A program made the translations under genes and the position numbers. Source: a virus. Taken from it: a DNA stretch of 64,000 bases. Under the pieces are notes generated by a model. It saw only the letters and a list, made by a program, of their open reading frames with translations. It was not told where the DNA came from and did no database searches. Below are positions 39,612 through 48,211 of the stretch, piece by piece; position 1 is the stretch's first letter; the number at the start of each line of letters is the position of its first letter. Where the stretch lies: positions 27,514-91,513 of IMG/VR virus record IMGVR_UViG_3300036768_001501; one strand, written 5' to 3'.

Positions 39612-40454
39612 TCAGGTTCTGATTTTCACCCACAGGCTTTCTACCCGTGTGGGCTTGGAGCCGGGGGAAAGAACACGCTGGTCTCTCCCTTCAAGCTGGC
39701 TGCATTTCAATGTCGTCTTTCGTGGGATGTCGATGCGCTGAAAGCCGTTAGATTCTAGCTTATTGTATATGTCGTGCTTATAGCCTGAAACGACGGCGCT
39801 GCCTTTCAGATTTAGAAGAGTCTCGATCAGTTGCTCGTGCAACTGGATATTCATTTCGTGGTTGTATAGCTCTGATTTCTTGTCTTTGATGTACGGTGGG
39901 TCGATATAGAAGAATACCTTTGCGTGGTCGTAGTACTTGATGCACTCGATGCCGTCCATTTGGTCAATGATGCAGTGCTTAAGCCTGAATACGTACGCAT
40001 CGATCAGAGCCTGGCGCATGAGCCAGGAGTTCACGCGAATATTGACGCCATTGCGCGTATCGAATCCGCGTGAGAATTGCGCCCCCATGCCATTGACAGA
40101 CATGAGGCTTGTAACCATTGTGGCCCAGGCGCGTTCTACTTGGGTTATGTTGTCCTTACAAATCATGAGTTGTTTTGCGCGCTCAAATTCAGCCTTGGCG
40201 TACGGTGTATACTGGACCATGTGCCTGAGTTCGTTTGCCAGGTCTTTCGATTTCAGCACGCGGAACAGGTTGACGATGTCTCCGTCAATATCGTTGATGA
40301 CTTCAGTTGGATGCGGGTCTTTGGCAAAGAGGACAGCGCACGAGCCAGCGTACGGTTCGCAATATACCATCGTATCCTGTGGAATATAGGCAATAATCCT
40401 CTTAGCCATAGCTCCCTTGGAGCCAGGGTACATCAGCGGCGGTCGAATGCCCAT
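39612..40454 (-). CDS. DNA adenine methyltransferase (D12/Dam class)
   Basis: YPGSK, EPYAGS, EVINDID and DPPY motifs. Confidence 0.92.
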   Translation of the reverse strand: MGIRPPLMYPGSKGAMAKRIIAYIPQDTMVYCEPYAGSCAVLFAKDPHPTEVINDIDGDIVNLFRVLKSKDLANELRHMVQYTPYAKAEFERAKQLMICKDNITQVERAWATMVTSLMSVNGMGAQFSRGFDTRNGVNIRVNSWLMRQALIDAYVFRLKHCIIDQMDGIECIKYYDHAKVFFYIDPPYIKDKKSELYNHEMNIQLHEQLIETLLNLKGSAVVSGYKHDIYNKLESNGFQRIDIPRKTTLKCSQLEGRDQRVLSPGSKPTRVESLWVKIRT

Positions 40455-40464
40455 AGAATGTAAC

Positions 40465-40881
40465 TTACGAGTTAGCTTTTAGCTGATTCTGTTTTGCTTC
40501 TAGGCCAGTCAAGCAGCCGTCAACGGCTGACTTGATGATTGCAGCAAGGACATCAACATCGTCACTCTTGACTTTTTCATCAAGCAGTGACGCTGCAGTG
40601 TGGTATGCGTACCACACCCAATCGGTGGCCTGGTTACCAGCGATTTCCTTTGCCTTGTTACCGACAACCAGCTCCGGCCCAAGAGCCGAAAGCTTGGCCA
40701 GGGTTACTTTCGTGGCAGCTAGCTTGTCAGCGTCAAGATTGATGTTACGGCACTGGTTCATCGCTAGCGAGCGGGCCACTCCAACAACCAGCGGCGATAC
40801 TGTTTTGAGCTTCTGATTCACGCTTGCGCAGCCAAGCGCGGTGGCAAGAAACGCCAAGATGGTCAACTTTTTCATTGGCAA
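40465..40881 (-). CDS. Lipoprotein
   Basis: MKKLTILAFLATALG-C lipobox; SD GGAGGT. Confidence 0.75.
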   Translation of the reverse strand: MPMKKLTILAFLATALGCASVNQKLKTVSPLVVGVARSLAMNQCRNINLDADKLAATKVTLAKLSALGPELVVGNKAKEIAGNQATDWVWYAYHTAASLLDEKVKSDDVDVLAAIIKSAVDGCLTGLEAKQNQLKANS

Positions 40882-40901
40882 CCTCCTATGGGATCGAGGT
40901 C

Positions 40902-40930
40902 ATTGTACTATAATGCTAGGTATAAGGCAA
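40902..40930 (-). promoter_or_regulatory. Sigma70-type promoter
   Basis: TTGCCT-N17-TACAAT on the minus strand. Confidence 0.65.
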
Positions 40931-41506
40931 TTACTCCATCAGGAGCGCTAGATACAGCCCAATTAGATAGATTATTTCGGTGCGAGCGTTTTTATCTTTA
41001 GACATTAGGCATGCGCATATGGCATTTTCTTTTCGCCTTAACTGCTCTGACCACTCTGCGGCTACAACTAGTACTGGGTCTTTGCGGTTAGCCGAAACAC
41101 AAAGAACGCAGTTTTCGTTATGGGCTTTCTTGAAAATATTGTACAACCGCGTGGATGTAATCGTGCCGCCGAATGGCCATTCGAGAGTTTTGGCAAGAGC
41201 TTCGTCGTTCTTGCACTCGAATCCGACAATACTCTTCTCGCCAGCACGCCCAAAATGCCAATTGACAATGTCGATTGCTTTCTGGCTTTTTAATAATACA
41301 TCTACGCCTGGCTGCGACATGCGGCGTATGAGTATGTCCCCGTCCGGCTCGGAAACATACTCAGCGCCGTTGCGATTGCCAGGCTTGGTTGGCGGAGACG
41401 CCATAATCGTCAGCCCGAAGCTGTACGATAGCATCTCCGCCACTTCTTGCTGCAAGGCCCGACCCTTAGCCTTCTTGGACGCTGTACGCATACTACGCTT
41501 GCCCAT
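40931..41506 (-). CDS. Holliday junction resolvase-like PD-(D/E)XK nuclease
   Basis: SKKAKGR.LQ.EV, GVDV and FECKN motifs. Confidence 0.75.
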   Translation of the reverse strand: MGKRSMRTASKKAKGRALQQEVAEMLSYSFGLTIMASPPTKPGNRNGAEYVSEPDGDILIRRMSQPGVDVLLKSQKAIDIVNWHFGRAGEKSIVGFECKNDEALAKTLEWPFGGTITSTRLYNIFKKAHNENCVLCVSANRKDPVLVVAAEWSEQLRRKENAICACLMSKDKNARTEIIYLIGLYLALLME

Positions 41507-41708
41507 TTGATTTTGGCCTCCTGATGCGCATCACGGCGCAGCGTACAATGGATTCGTCAAGATTGCCAGCTCTGATGGCCCTTAGCAGGTTTGCGGTGCT
41601 CTGTTTCATAAACGTAGACACGCGCAAAGATTCCTGCTCTGCCATGATTTGAATTGACTGGTACTGCTCTGGCGTAAGTGTAACAGCGACTGCTTTCTGC
41701 CTAGTCAT
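41493..41708 (-). CDS. Ribbon-helix-helix-type DNA-binding protein
   Basis: AVAVTLTPEQY..I...AEQE...VSTFM strand-helix-helix pattern. Confidence 0.6.
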   Translation of the reverse strand: MTRQKAVAVTLTPEQYQSIQIMAEQESLRVSTFMKQSTANLLRAIRAGNLDESIVRCAVMRIRRPKSNGQA

Positions 41709-41911
41709 TGGCTTACCTCCACTTGAGCATTTTGGCTTGTCTGTTCTTGGATTGCTACCGAATCAACGATGTCACCGAGCAGCTTGTGTGCTTTATACAA
41801 AGCGGCTGCGCGGACAATGGCGGCATGGGGGATGCCATGCTTCCGCGATAGTTCGTCGATTTCGGCGAACATTTCTGGTTGAAACTGCACTACGACAACT
41901 TTGTTTCGCAT
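41705..41911 (-). CDS. Ribbon-helix-helix-type DNA-binding protein
   Basis: VVVQFQPEMFAEIDELSRKHGIPHAAIVRAA; SD GGAGGT. Confidence 0.65.
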   Translation of the reverse strand: MRNKVVVVQFQPEMFAEIDELSRKHGIPHAAIVRAAALYKAHKLLGDIVDSVAIQEQTSQNAQVEVSQ

Positions 41912-41934
41912 CTTCTACTACCTCCTAAGTAGTT

Positions 41935-42564
41935 TTATGCTTCTGGCTGCTGATACAGCCGTAAGCATTCTTCCTTTACCTTACAACTACCGCATGGCCA
42001 TGTCGGCTGGCGGTAAACTATATTGCCTGTGTCCATGTCATACGCATGCGTGAAAGCCCAGGGTGGGTCGGGCAGCTTGTGAGAACTGGTTTGAGCTAAC
42101 AAGGTTTCTACTTCTTTTTCGTATTCGCCTGGCTCCAAATGGTCCAGGCGAACATCGAACGTTTCCCTGCAAACCCAGAGCGCCGATGCGCCAATGCCAA
42201 ATGCGACGCTCAGAATCTTCAGGCTGCGCACGACGTGCGGGAATGCATGCAGTGGCTTAGAGAAATTGAACCGAGGTGCTGGGATAATGACGCCAACGCG
42301 GTTATCGCTACCGGTGTCGCTCAGAAAAACAATGTCTGGCTTAATGAGGACACCATTGATTGTAATCGCGTCATCGTCTGTTCCAGGGCGAAACTTAAAG
42401 TAGGTCTGCATGTATTCGCTTTCCGCAATCGCCTTGCGGAACGCCGCATTGAGGGCAAACGCACGCGCAGTTTTTGCGGGTAGCGGCCTCGTTAGGTCTG
42501 TTCCCAGACGCGCTTCTAGATTGACAGCGCGAACACAGGTTGCAACTCTGAAATATTCTACCAT
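41935..42564 (-). CDS. Cas4-like (PD-(D/E)XK, Fe-S) nuclease homologue with a degenerate active site
   Basis: N-terminal CVR, KPDIV and C-terminal WPCGSCKVKEEC; no ExK motif visible. Confidence 0.6.
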   Translation of the reverse strand: MVEYFRVATCVRAVNLEARLGTDLTRPLPAKTARAFALNAAFRKAIAESEYMQTYFKFRPGTDDDAITINGVLIKPDIVFLSDTGSDNRVGVIIPAPRFNFSKPLHAFPHVVRSLKILSVAFGIGASALWVCRETFDVRLDHLEPGEYEKEVETLLAQTSSHKLPDPPWAFTHAYDMDTGNIVYRQPTWPCGSCKVKEECLRLYQQPEA

Positions 42565-42581
42565 CTTTTCCTCCTTTCTGT

Positions 42582-42944
42582 TTATACAAGGCTCATTTCA
42601 GCGCGCTTCAGCGCTAGCTTTGATCTTAACATATCAATATAAGTTCGCAAGCTCTCGTATCTAACTCTTGCAACGTTTGCTTTCTTTGCCGCTGCGTTCA
42701 TGCCTGTAATATGCTCGATGTACTCCGGCGAAGCCAATGCTTCTGCCTCGCGCTGGGCATCGGACTTGGCGGAGCTTTGCTGCTTGAGTCGTGCAACAAG
42801 CACTTTCTTGGTCTCATACAAAAGCTCATACGCAGCTTGCGCTTCGGCCCATTCAAGTCCGGCATCAAGCAGCTCTTTATATAGCTTTTGTGGGTCAAAG
42901 TCTGTTTCATTGATTTCTGCTTTTGCCTCTTCAATCCAGCTCAT
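42582..42944 (-). CDS. Helical phage protein, UvsY-like recombination mediator
   Basis: All-helical, 120 aa, EAEALASPEY...RS..A..RAEM; lies between helicase and nuclease. Confidence 0.5.
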   Translation of the reverse strand: MSWIEEAKAEINETDFDPQKLYKELLDAGLEWAEAQAAYELLYETKKVLVARLKQQSSAKSDAQREAEALASPEYIEHITGMNAAAKKANVARVRYESLRTYIDMLRSKLALKRAEMSLV

Positions 42945-44800
42945 AAAAGGGTTGCCTCCCCGCTAACAAAATCTTGCAAGATAGCACGCACTTCGGACTG
43001 CTGATCAACCCCGTCGAAACTGAATGACGCCTCTGTATCTCCGGTTGCCTTGGACAAATCAGATGCGCGATCGATTACCCGCCGCGCAATGCGTTCGTCA
43101 ATCGTATCAGCAGCGACAATATACTGGCACAGCACGTTCTTCTTTTGGCCAATACGGTACAGCCGGTCTTCGGCCTGAACGATGGTCGATGGTAGCCAGT
43201 CCATTTCTAGAAAGAGCGCAACTTGCGCTTCTGGAATGTCGATCCCGACACCGCACGACGACATCGTTAGGACAATCATATGAGGTTGATCCGGGTCCGC
43301 GATGATAGAATCACGGAACTGCTGGATTACTTGTAAGCGAGCTTTATGATCCAGCTCTCCATGCACAACGGGGCAGCGGTACAGCTTCCCGACGTATTCG
43401 GCTACGGCCCGATGGTAGCAGAAGGCAACAATCTGTCCGCAATTGTCTGAAATATCTTGTACGTAATCTTTAATTGCCTCTGCTTTCATCATGGCAGTCT
43501 TGCGTCGCGCTTCAGCCAATTCTGCCATGCGCGATGCAAACTGCTTACGCGCTGCTGCGTCCTTGGCAATAATCGCCTGGTATGCCTGTTTTGCTAGACG
43601 CTTTTCCAGCTCCGCCTGGGCAATAAGCTGCTCGGATTTCGGCAGCACAACAATTTCACGCATCTTTTCCGGCAGCTCGTTCAGCACGTCCTGCTTGCTG
43701 CGGCGAATCATGATATGCATGCGTAGGCGGTTGGCCAGCTCTGTAAGTAGCTCATCTTTCTCGCGCTTGCTCATTTCGCGCTCTTCGTACGCCATGCGCT
43801 GGCCATAGCGTGTGTACACTACGCCAAGCTGCATGCCACAGTAGCGCTGAACGATCTCGCTCCTGCGGAATTCCTGCGGGGCCAGCGCATTTGCAAGATT
43901 GCAAATATCTACAACGGCAGCAGTTCCAGGTGTGCCGGTCATCATGAGTATAGACCGATAGTTAATCTTCGGCGGGACGAACTTTTTGCCTTTATAAAAA
44001 CCAAGAATCACCTTGGTCCTTTGCGCCGACGGATTCTTAACATAATGGGCCTCGTCAAGAACAATTAGGTCGAAGTTAATGTTCTTGAATGCATCCTGCA
44101 GCTTGGTCACCAATTCGTAATTCATAATCATCACGAATTGGGTGATATAGCCACGGTTCATGGCGGTCAGAAACTCAAGCTGTCGCCTCTTGGTCATTGT
44201 GGCGTTGCTCACAGGGATAATGCGCATATCCCTACGCGACAGCCATTCGTTCAACTTGTCTGCGAACTTAGTTACCATGATCGAGGGGCAAACAATCAAT
44301 ACCCGCTCGATCTCTGGCAAGCTGTCGATAACGCCAATTGCCTGGATTGTTTTGCCGACACCCATATCATCGGCGAGAAGCACGCCACGCTTGACTTTCT
44401 CTTCGCCCGACAAAATACGTCGAATCTCTGTGGCGATGCTTGAAATGGATCTTTTTTGAAAGCTCATATATTCGCCGCCACGTGGGGTAGGCACAATGAC
44501 GCCGTCATGCAGGTGCACATACTCCAATGGTGTGGCGAAACTGGCAGAGAACAGGTCCATAGCTTTCTTTACAGGCAGCAGATGCTCTGGATGCAGATGC
44601 ATCGCGCGCATAATTTCCATGGCCTCTGTAACTAGATATGTAGACCCCAGATGACCGGAATGCTCCAGCCGAAGCTGAACCTTCCCTGATTCAATCAGCT
44701 TGCGCGCAGGCGAGCGCAAGATATACGGCATGAAGAAGGTCCAACGACCGTCTCTATATTGAATGGACCGTTCTGCTGATGCGCATTGATAGCATGTCAT
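42941..44800 (-). CDS. SNF2-family (HARP-like) helicase
   Basis: LADDMGVGKT, DEAH, MTGTP, MIRRSK and QAEDRLYRIGQ motifs. Confidence 0.93.
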   Translation of the reverse strand: MTCYQCASAERSIQYRDGRWTFFMPYILRSPARKLIESGKVQLRLEHSGHLGSTYLVTEAMEIMRAMHLHPEHLLPVKKAMDLFSASFATPLEYVHLHDGVIVPTPRGGEYMSFQKRSISSIATEIRRILSGEEKVKRGVLLADDMGVGKTIQAIGVIDSLPEIERVLIVCPSIMVTKFADKLNEWLSRRDMRIIPVSNATMTKRRQLEFLTAMNRGYITQFVMIMNYELVTKLQDAFKNINFDLIVLDEAHYVKNPSAQRTKVILGFYKGKKFVPPKINYRSILMMTGTPGTAAVVDICNLANALAPQEFRRSEIVQRYCGMQLGVVYTRYGQRMAYEEREMSKREKDELLTELANRLRMHIMIRRSKQDVLNELPEKMREIVVLPKSEQLIAQAELEKRLAKQAYQAIIAKDAAARKQFASRMAELAEARRKTAMMKAEAIKDYVQDISDNCGQIVAFCYHRAVAEYVGKLYRCPVVHGELDHKARLQVIQQFRDSIIADPDQPHMIVLTMSSCGVGIDIPEAQVALFLEMDWLPSTIVQAEDRLYRIGQKKNVLCQYIVAADTIDERIARRVIDRASDLSKATGDTEASFSFDGVDQQSEVRAILQDFVSGEATLL

Positions 44801-44842
44801 GGGACTAATATAGCCAGCGCGGCTACCTATGCAATGTTATAT

Positions 44843-45433
44843 TCAAACTTTAAAGATAACTGGATCGAGCGCGCCATGCGTTGCGTATATTTCCCTGGTC
44901 ATATCGATGCAGCGCGGAAGCGTGACAAAGTCGAACCGGACAACGTCATCGTGTCCAAGGTGGTAAATGCCATAAGCGCACATGGCTCGATTGATGAAGT
45001 CGAACTGCCTGTCCATGATCAGCTCGTAGATAATTGCCGAAGTAATTAGCGGATCTTCGTCTGGGATATAGACATCTACTGCATGCCCATGAATATGCTG
45101 CCTGCAGTTAGTCTGATCCTTGGCAGGAAAAGCAGGCTCTGGGATATAGCCAGTTACTACATAGACCGGAGAATCCAGAACGGATGCCAGCATAATAATG
45201 TCGCGCGATAGGCTTAGATGCTGAACGTTCGGGTCGAGCCTTGCTGGCTCGATTTTCTCAGTTCCAGGAAAGCTCCATACGCGCGGCAGAATCGTTCGCC
45301 TGGCTAACTCCAGGAACGAATGTTCGATCTGCATTGCCACTTCGCGAAACTGGAATCCCATGTATCTCTCAATTTTTGGATGGATAAATGTATTTGATTT
45401 GTATGTCTCCATTGCAAGCCTCATGTTGCTCAA
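44843..45433 (-). CDS. Peptidase M15-like protein, probably degenerate
   Basis: VVTGY...QHIHGHAVDV (HxxxxxxD); the third-ligand HxD motif appears as RFD. Confidence 0.5.
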   Translation of the reverse strand: MSNMRLAMETYKSNTFIHPKIERYMGFQFREVAMQIEHSFLELARRTILPRVWSFPGTEKIEPARLDPNVQHLSLSRDIIMLASVLDSPVYVVTGYIPEPAFPAKDQTNCRQHIHGHAVDVYIPDEDPLITSAIIYELIMDRQFDFINRAMCAYGIYHLGHDDVVRFDFVTLPRCIDMTREIYATHGALDPVIFKV

Positions 45434-45827
45434 CGAATTCTTTGACTTTATGGCGTAATGCTGGGTCTATAAACCACAACTCTTGGCCTACATTACATTG
45501 GTCGCAATCGATCTTTATTTTTAGCTTCCTACGTGCATGCAGCACCTCTTGATAGGTGCGGACTATGCGCATAAGTCTGCTAACTTTGACGGCGCGAGAA
45601 TATTGTCGCTTTGGGCGTAGCATTGCGCGCTTTTGCTCTACGTGCCTGATGTAGTGCAAAGCGCACCGACCACCACGTACGGCAGGTCGATTGCACAGGT
45701 AGCACTCAAGAAGCGCCCTCTTGAACCGCCTCTCGCGCCTCTTGAGTAGCCGCTGTCTCTCCTTGCGACTTTCCGGCACCGAGCCTGATGAAAGTGAGTC
45801 CGGTTGCGTTGGCTCGTTCTTCTCCAT
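45369..45827 (-). CDS. Basic zinc-finger hypothetical protein
   Basis: CYLC...CALH and CDQC...HEAC; start uncertain. Confidence 0.5.
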   Translation of the reverse strand: MEKNEPTQPDSLSSGSVPESRKERQRLLKRRERRFKRALLECYLCNRPAVRGGRCALHYIRHVEQKRAMLRPKRQYSRAVKVSRLMRIVRTYQEVLHARRKLKIKIDCDQCNVGQELWFIDPALRHKVKEFVEQHEACNGDIQIKYIYPSKN

Positions 45828-46287
45828 CGCTGCCTGGCTTAATATATACTACCGTGTTGTCACGGTAGTCAACCACCATGCCAACAGATAGCTGCCGGCC
45901 TTTTACGCGAAAGACTGCCAAGTCTCCAGCTTCTGGAAACTGCGTCGAGAACTGGTGCGTATTGGCCCACATAATTAGTGCCGCACTCGATTGCGTTGGG
46001 GCTGATTCGCCAACCAGCAGCTCAGTCATGCTGCTTGGGGTGAGCAGCTTACTATTAAGCATGGCTGTGAAGAAAAGGGTGAGACGCTCTGAATCTTTAA
46101 TCATGTTGAATACGTGCCCGTCTCCGGCCCACCTGTGTGCCAGCTTGGCATATAGCATGGCGTCTGGAGAATCTTTTGGCAAAGAAAGCACAGAACACAA
46201 CTCGCGCCGAAGCGCTGGCAAGTTCTTGACGTATCTGAAGAATCTTGCCGAATCTTTTGTTAGCTCAAGCACTTCCTCCGGCCTCAT
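45706..46287 (-). CDS. Hypothetical protein with a CHAP-like C-terminal pattern lacking the catalytic His
   Basis: PEAGDLAVF....LSVGMVV versus the CHAP pattern P.PGDIVVF...GHVGIV. Confidence 0.45.
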   Translation of the reverse strand: MRPEEVLELTKDSARFFRYVKNLPALRRELCSVLSLPKDSPDAMLYAKLAHRWAGDGHVFNMIKDSERLTLFFTAMLNSKLLTPSSMTELLVGESAPTQSSAALIMWANTHQFSTQFPEAGDLAVFRVKGRQLSVGMVVDYRDNTVVYIKPGSDGEERANATGLTFIRLGAGKSQGETAATQEAREAVQEGAS

Positions 46288-46455
46288 AGGGCTGTCCTTT
46301 TGTTGTCCCTGGTGGTTGTTTTTCCAGCAACTGCTTTCTTGATGTCCTCAACCAGATTGCGCAGGCTTTGCACTTCCTGGCGCAACTCTTGAAGCTCTTT
46401 AATCAATTCATCTTTGGTCTTTTTGCTGTCCGGCATGCATTCCTCCTTTTATCTG

Positions 46456-47697
46456 TCAGTGCGAATATGTTTGCTGCTTGGCAAAACCGCTTTCGCCAAG
46501 CTCTGAATGACAAGCGCTCAGAGTTTCTACAGAAACAATCGGCCTGGTGCGTGCACGTGGGGCAATGGATGTAGCCAGGGATTCGGCCATCGCCTTGGCG
46601 AGAAAGACAGTTTCTGACGCCGACTTACGAATAGTGAGCAAGACATTCTGCCCGTACGTTCTGCCCTTCGCATGGACGGGACAAAAGCTATCTTTCATTG
46701 TGGTTCCACGCTTAAAAGTAAGCACCTGAACTAGCGGTGCATTGCATACATCGCACGCGCCCTCCAACGCAAGAATCTTTTTCGGCTTTTTGGGGGCGAA
46801 TACAAAGCTCTTGGCGATTGCCGATGCCGATTTGAGCAGGGTTCGTTCGTCTGGCGCAGAAATCTCGGCAATACCACAATCGCCGTCTGGGTCTTGAGCG
46901 TAAATCTGCGGCGCGCCTCCACAAGTAATACATAGGTCGTCGGCTGGCCAATAACTAATAATCGTGCCAACTTTGCGATTCTCTGTATTCATGCCAGAAC
47001 TGGCGGTATATAGGTCATCCGGCTTGGCTGGGATGTTCTTGCAATTATAGACAATGATTCTTGCCTTAAGCTGCTTGCACTTTGTGCAGCGCAGGCTGTT
47101 TTCGGCAGCCATAACGCCGATCTGGGCAAAGAGAGATTGGTACATGCCTGCTCCATGAACCAGGTGGAAAAACAAACCGTGTTTTAGCGCCCTATGCAAT
47201 AATTCCATGATTTCACTCATAGTTTTCTCATCATTCATACTTTCAATAAAAGATACGCCAGTCGGGCATGGCGCAAGACGATCAACTACATGTGGAACGC
47301 TAAAGTCACGGTGGTCTTGTGTCCACGTGAATGTAGATGGCAAAGATATAGAACACGATGGGCATACGTTGCAGATGTATGGGGAAACGAAGTAGTCGAG
47401 ACAGATCTGGCATGTCTTGACCAGGTCCTTAATAGATTTGGCACTCTCTAGGGCTTCCCTAGCTGCCATTATAACCGGTTTTATCGCCTTGGCGGAGAAA
47501 TTAATTCCCACAATGGCAATCGTATGTTGGTTGCAATAATCCCACACGTCGGGTATTAATGCGGGACAACCTACATTGTGAGAAAAAACAGTGTTGTTGA
47601 GTTTCCGATCGTGCAGAAAAGTTCCGCACGTTTCCTCCGCGCGATTTCGGTCGAAACCGCAGCGACATTCGATTGTTGGTAACATTGGGTAGATCAT
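46456..47697 (-). CDS. Multi-zinc-finger hypothetical protein
   Basis: Several CxxC pairs; upstream TTGCCA-N16-TATAGT-N7-ATG. Confidence 0.7.
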   Translation of the reverse strand: MIYPMLPTIECRCGFDRNRAEETCGTFLHDRKLNNTVFSHNVGCPALIPDVWDYCNQHTIAIVGINFSAKAIKPVIMAAREALESAKSIKDLVKTCQICLDYFVSPYICNVCPSCSISLPSTFTWTQDHRDFSVPHVVDRLAPCPTGVSFIESMNDEKTMSEIMELLHRALKHGLFFHLVHGAGMYQSLFAQIGVMAAENSLRCTKCKQLKARIIVYNCKNIPAKPDDLYTASSGMNTENRKVGTIISYWPADDLCITCGGAPQIYAQDPDGDCGIAEISAPDERTLLKSASAIAKSFVFAPKKPKKILALEGACDVCNAPLVQVLTFKRGTTMKDSFCPVHAKGRTYGQNVLLTIRKSASETVFLAKAMAESLATSIAPRARTRPIVSVETLSACHSELGESGFAKQQTYSH

Positions 47698-47735
47698 GAC
47701 CCCAACTATATCACGGAAAGACCGGTTGGCAAGCC

Positions 47736-48008
47736 ATGAAGAAGCTATCTAGTTATATTAGATTATCCGACATCATTACAAATCAGGAAGAAGCCAACAT
47801 GGTCCTTCGCGGAGTCCGGCTGAATAAGCTATGGATATATGACGTTACCGGTAGGCGGGTTGACTATGTCGAGGCTCGGGCTAGGCTTGGCAATGATCCG
47901 AATCTTATTGTTCCAGGGGCGTCTTTGCGCGGATTTCGGGTCAAGAAAACCAAAATTAAGTATAAAAGCCCGAAATCCAGGGGCAGTATACGCGGCAGGA
48001 CTGGATAA
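47736..48008 (+). CDS. Small basic hypothetical protein
   Basis: 90-aa ORF divergent from 47697; its 3' end overlaps the first 41-bp repeat. Confidence 0.45.
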   Translation: MKKLSSYIRLSDIITNQEEANMVLRGVRLNKLWIYDVTGRRVDYVEARARLGNDPNLIVPGASLRGFRVKKTKIKYKSPKSRGSIRGRTG

Positions 48009-48079
48009 CCTTGAAATATTGTGGCAGTATACGCGCCAAGGCAAAGGGGCAGCGAAATTCCAGAGCAGTATACGCGGCA
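47971..48079 (+). repeat. Three direct repeats, core GCAGTATACGCG, exact 41-bp period (iteron/operator-like)
   Basis: Cores start at 47983, 48024 and 48065; each is preceded by GAAAT. Confidence 0.85.
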
Positions 48080-48161
48080 AGAAATATGATCTAAGAAGAT
48101 AGGCAGAGACCTGGATGCTTAGATATTATACCCCGGGCAACTTGACAGTGTGCTTTTGTAA

Positions 48162-48205
48162 AATGTCGGTCTTTTCGTCCACGATCAGAAAATTCCAGCT
48201 ATGCT
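48162..48205 (+). promoter_or_regulatory. Putative promoter/operator of the RT operon
   Basis: AATGTCGGTCTTTTCG (48162-48177) is identical to 54610-54625, followed by AAAATTC and a -10-like TATGCT (48200-48205). Confidence 0.55.
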
Positions 48206-48211
48206 TTGGTT

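Noticed and set aside
41935-42564. CRISPR adaptation Cas4
   Set aside because: It is a solo gene in a phage recombination cluster with no cas1/cas2 or array; Cas4-like nucleases are common in phages.
48142-48164. TTGACA...TAAAAT as a sigma70 promoter
   Set aside because: The spacer is only 11 bp.
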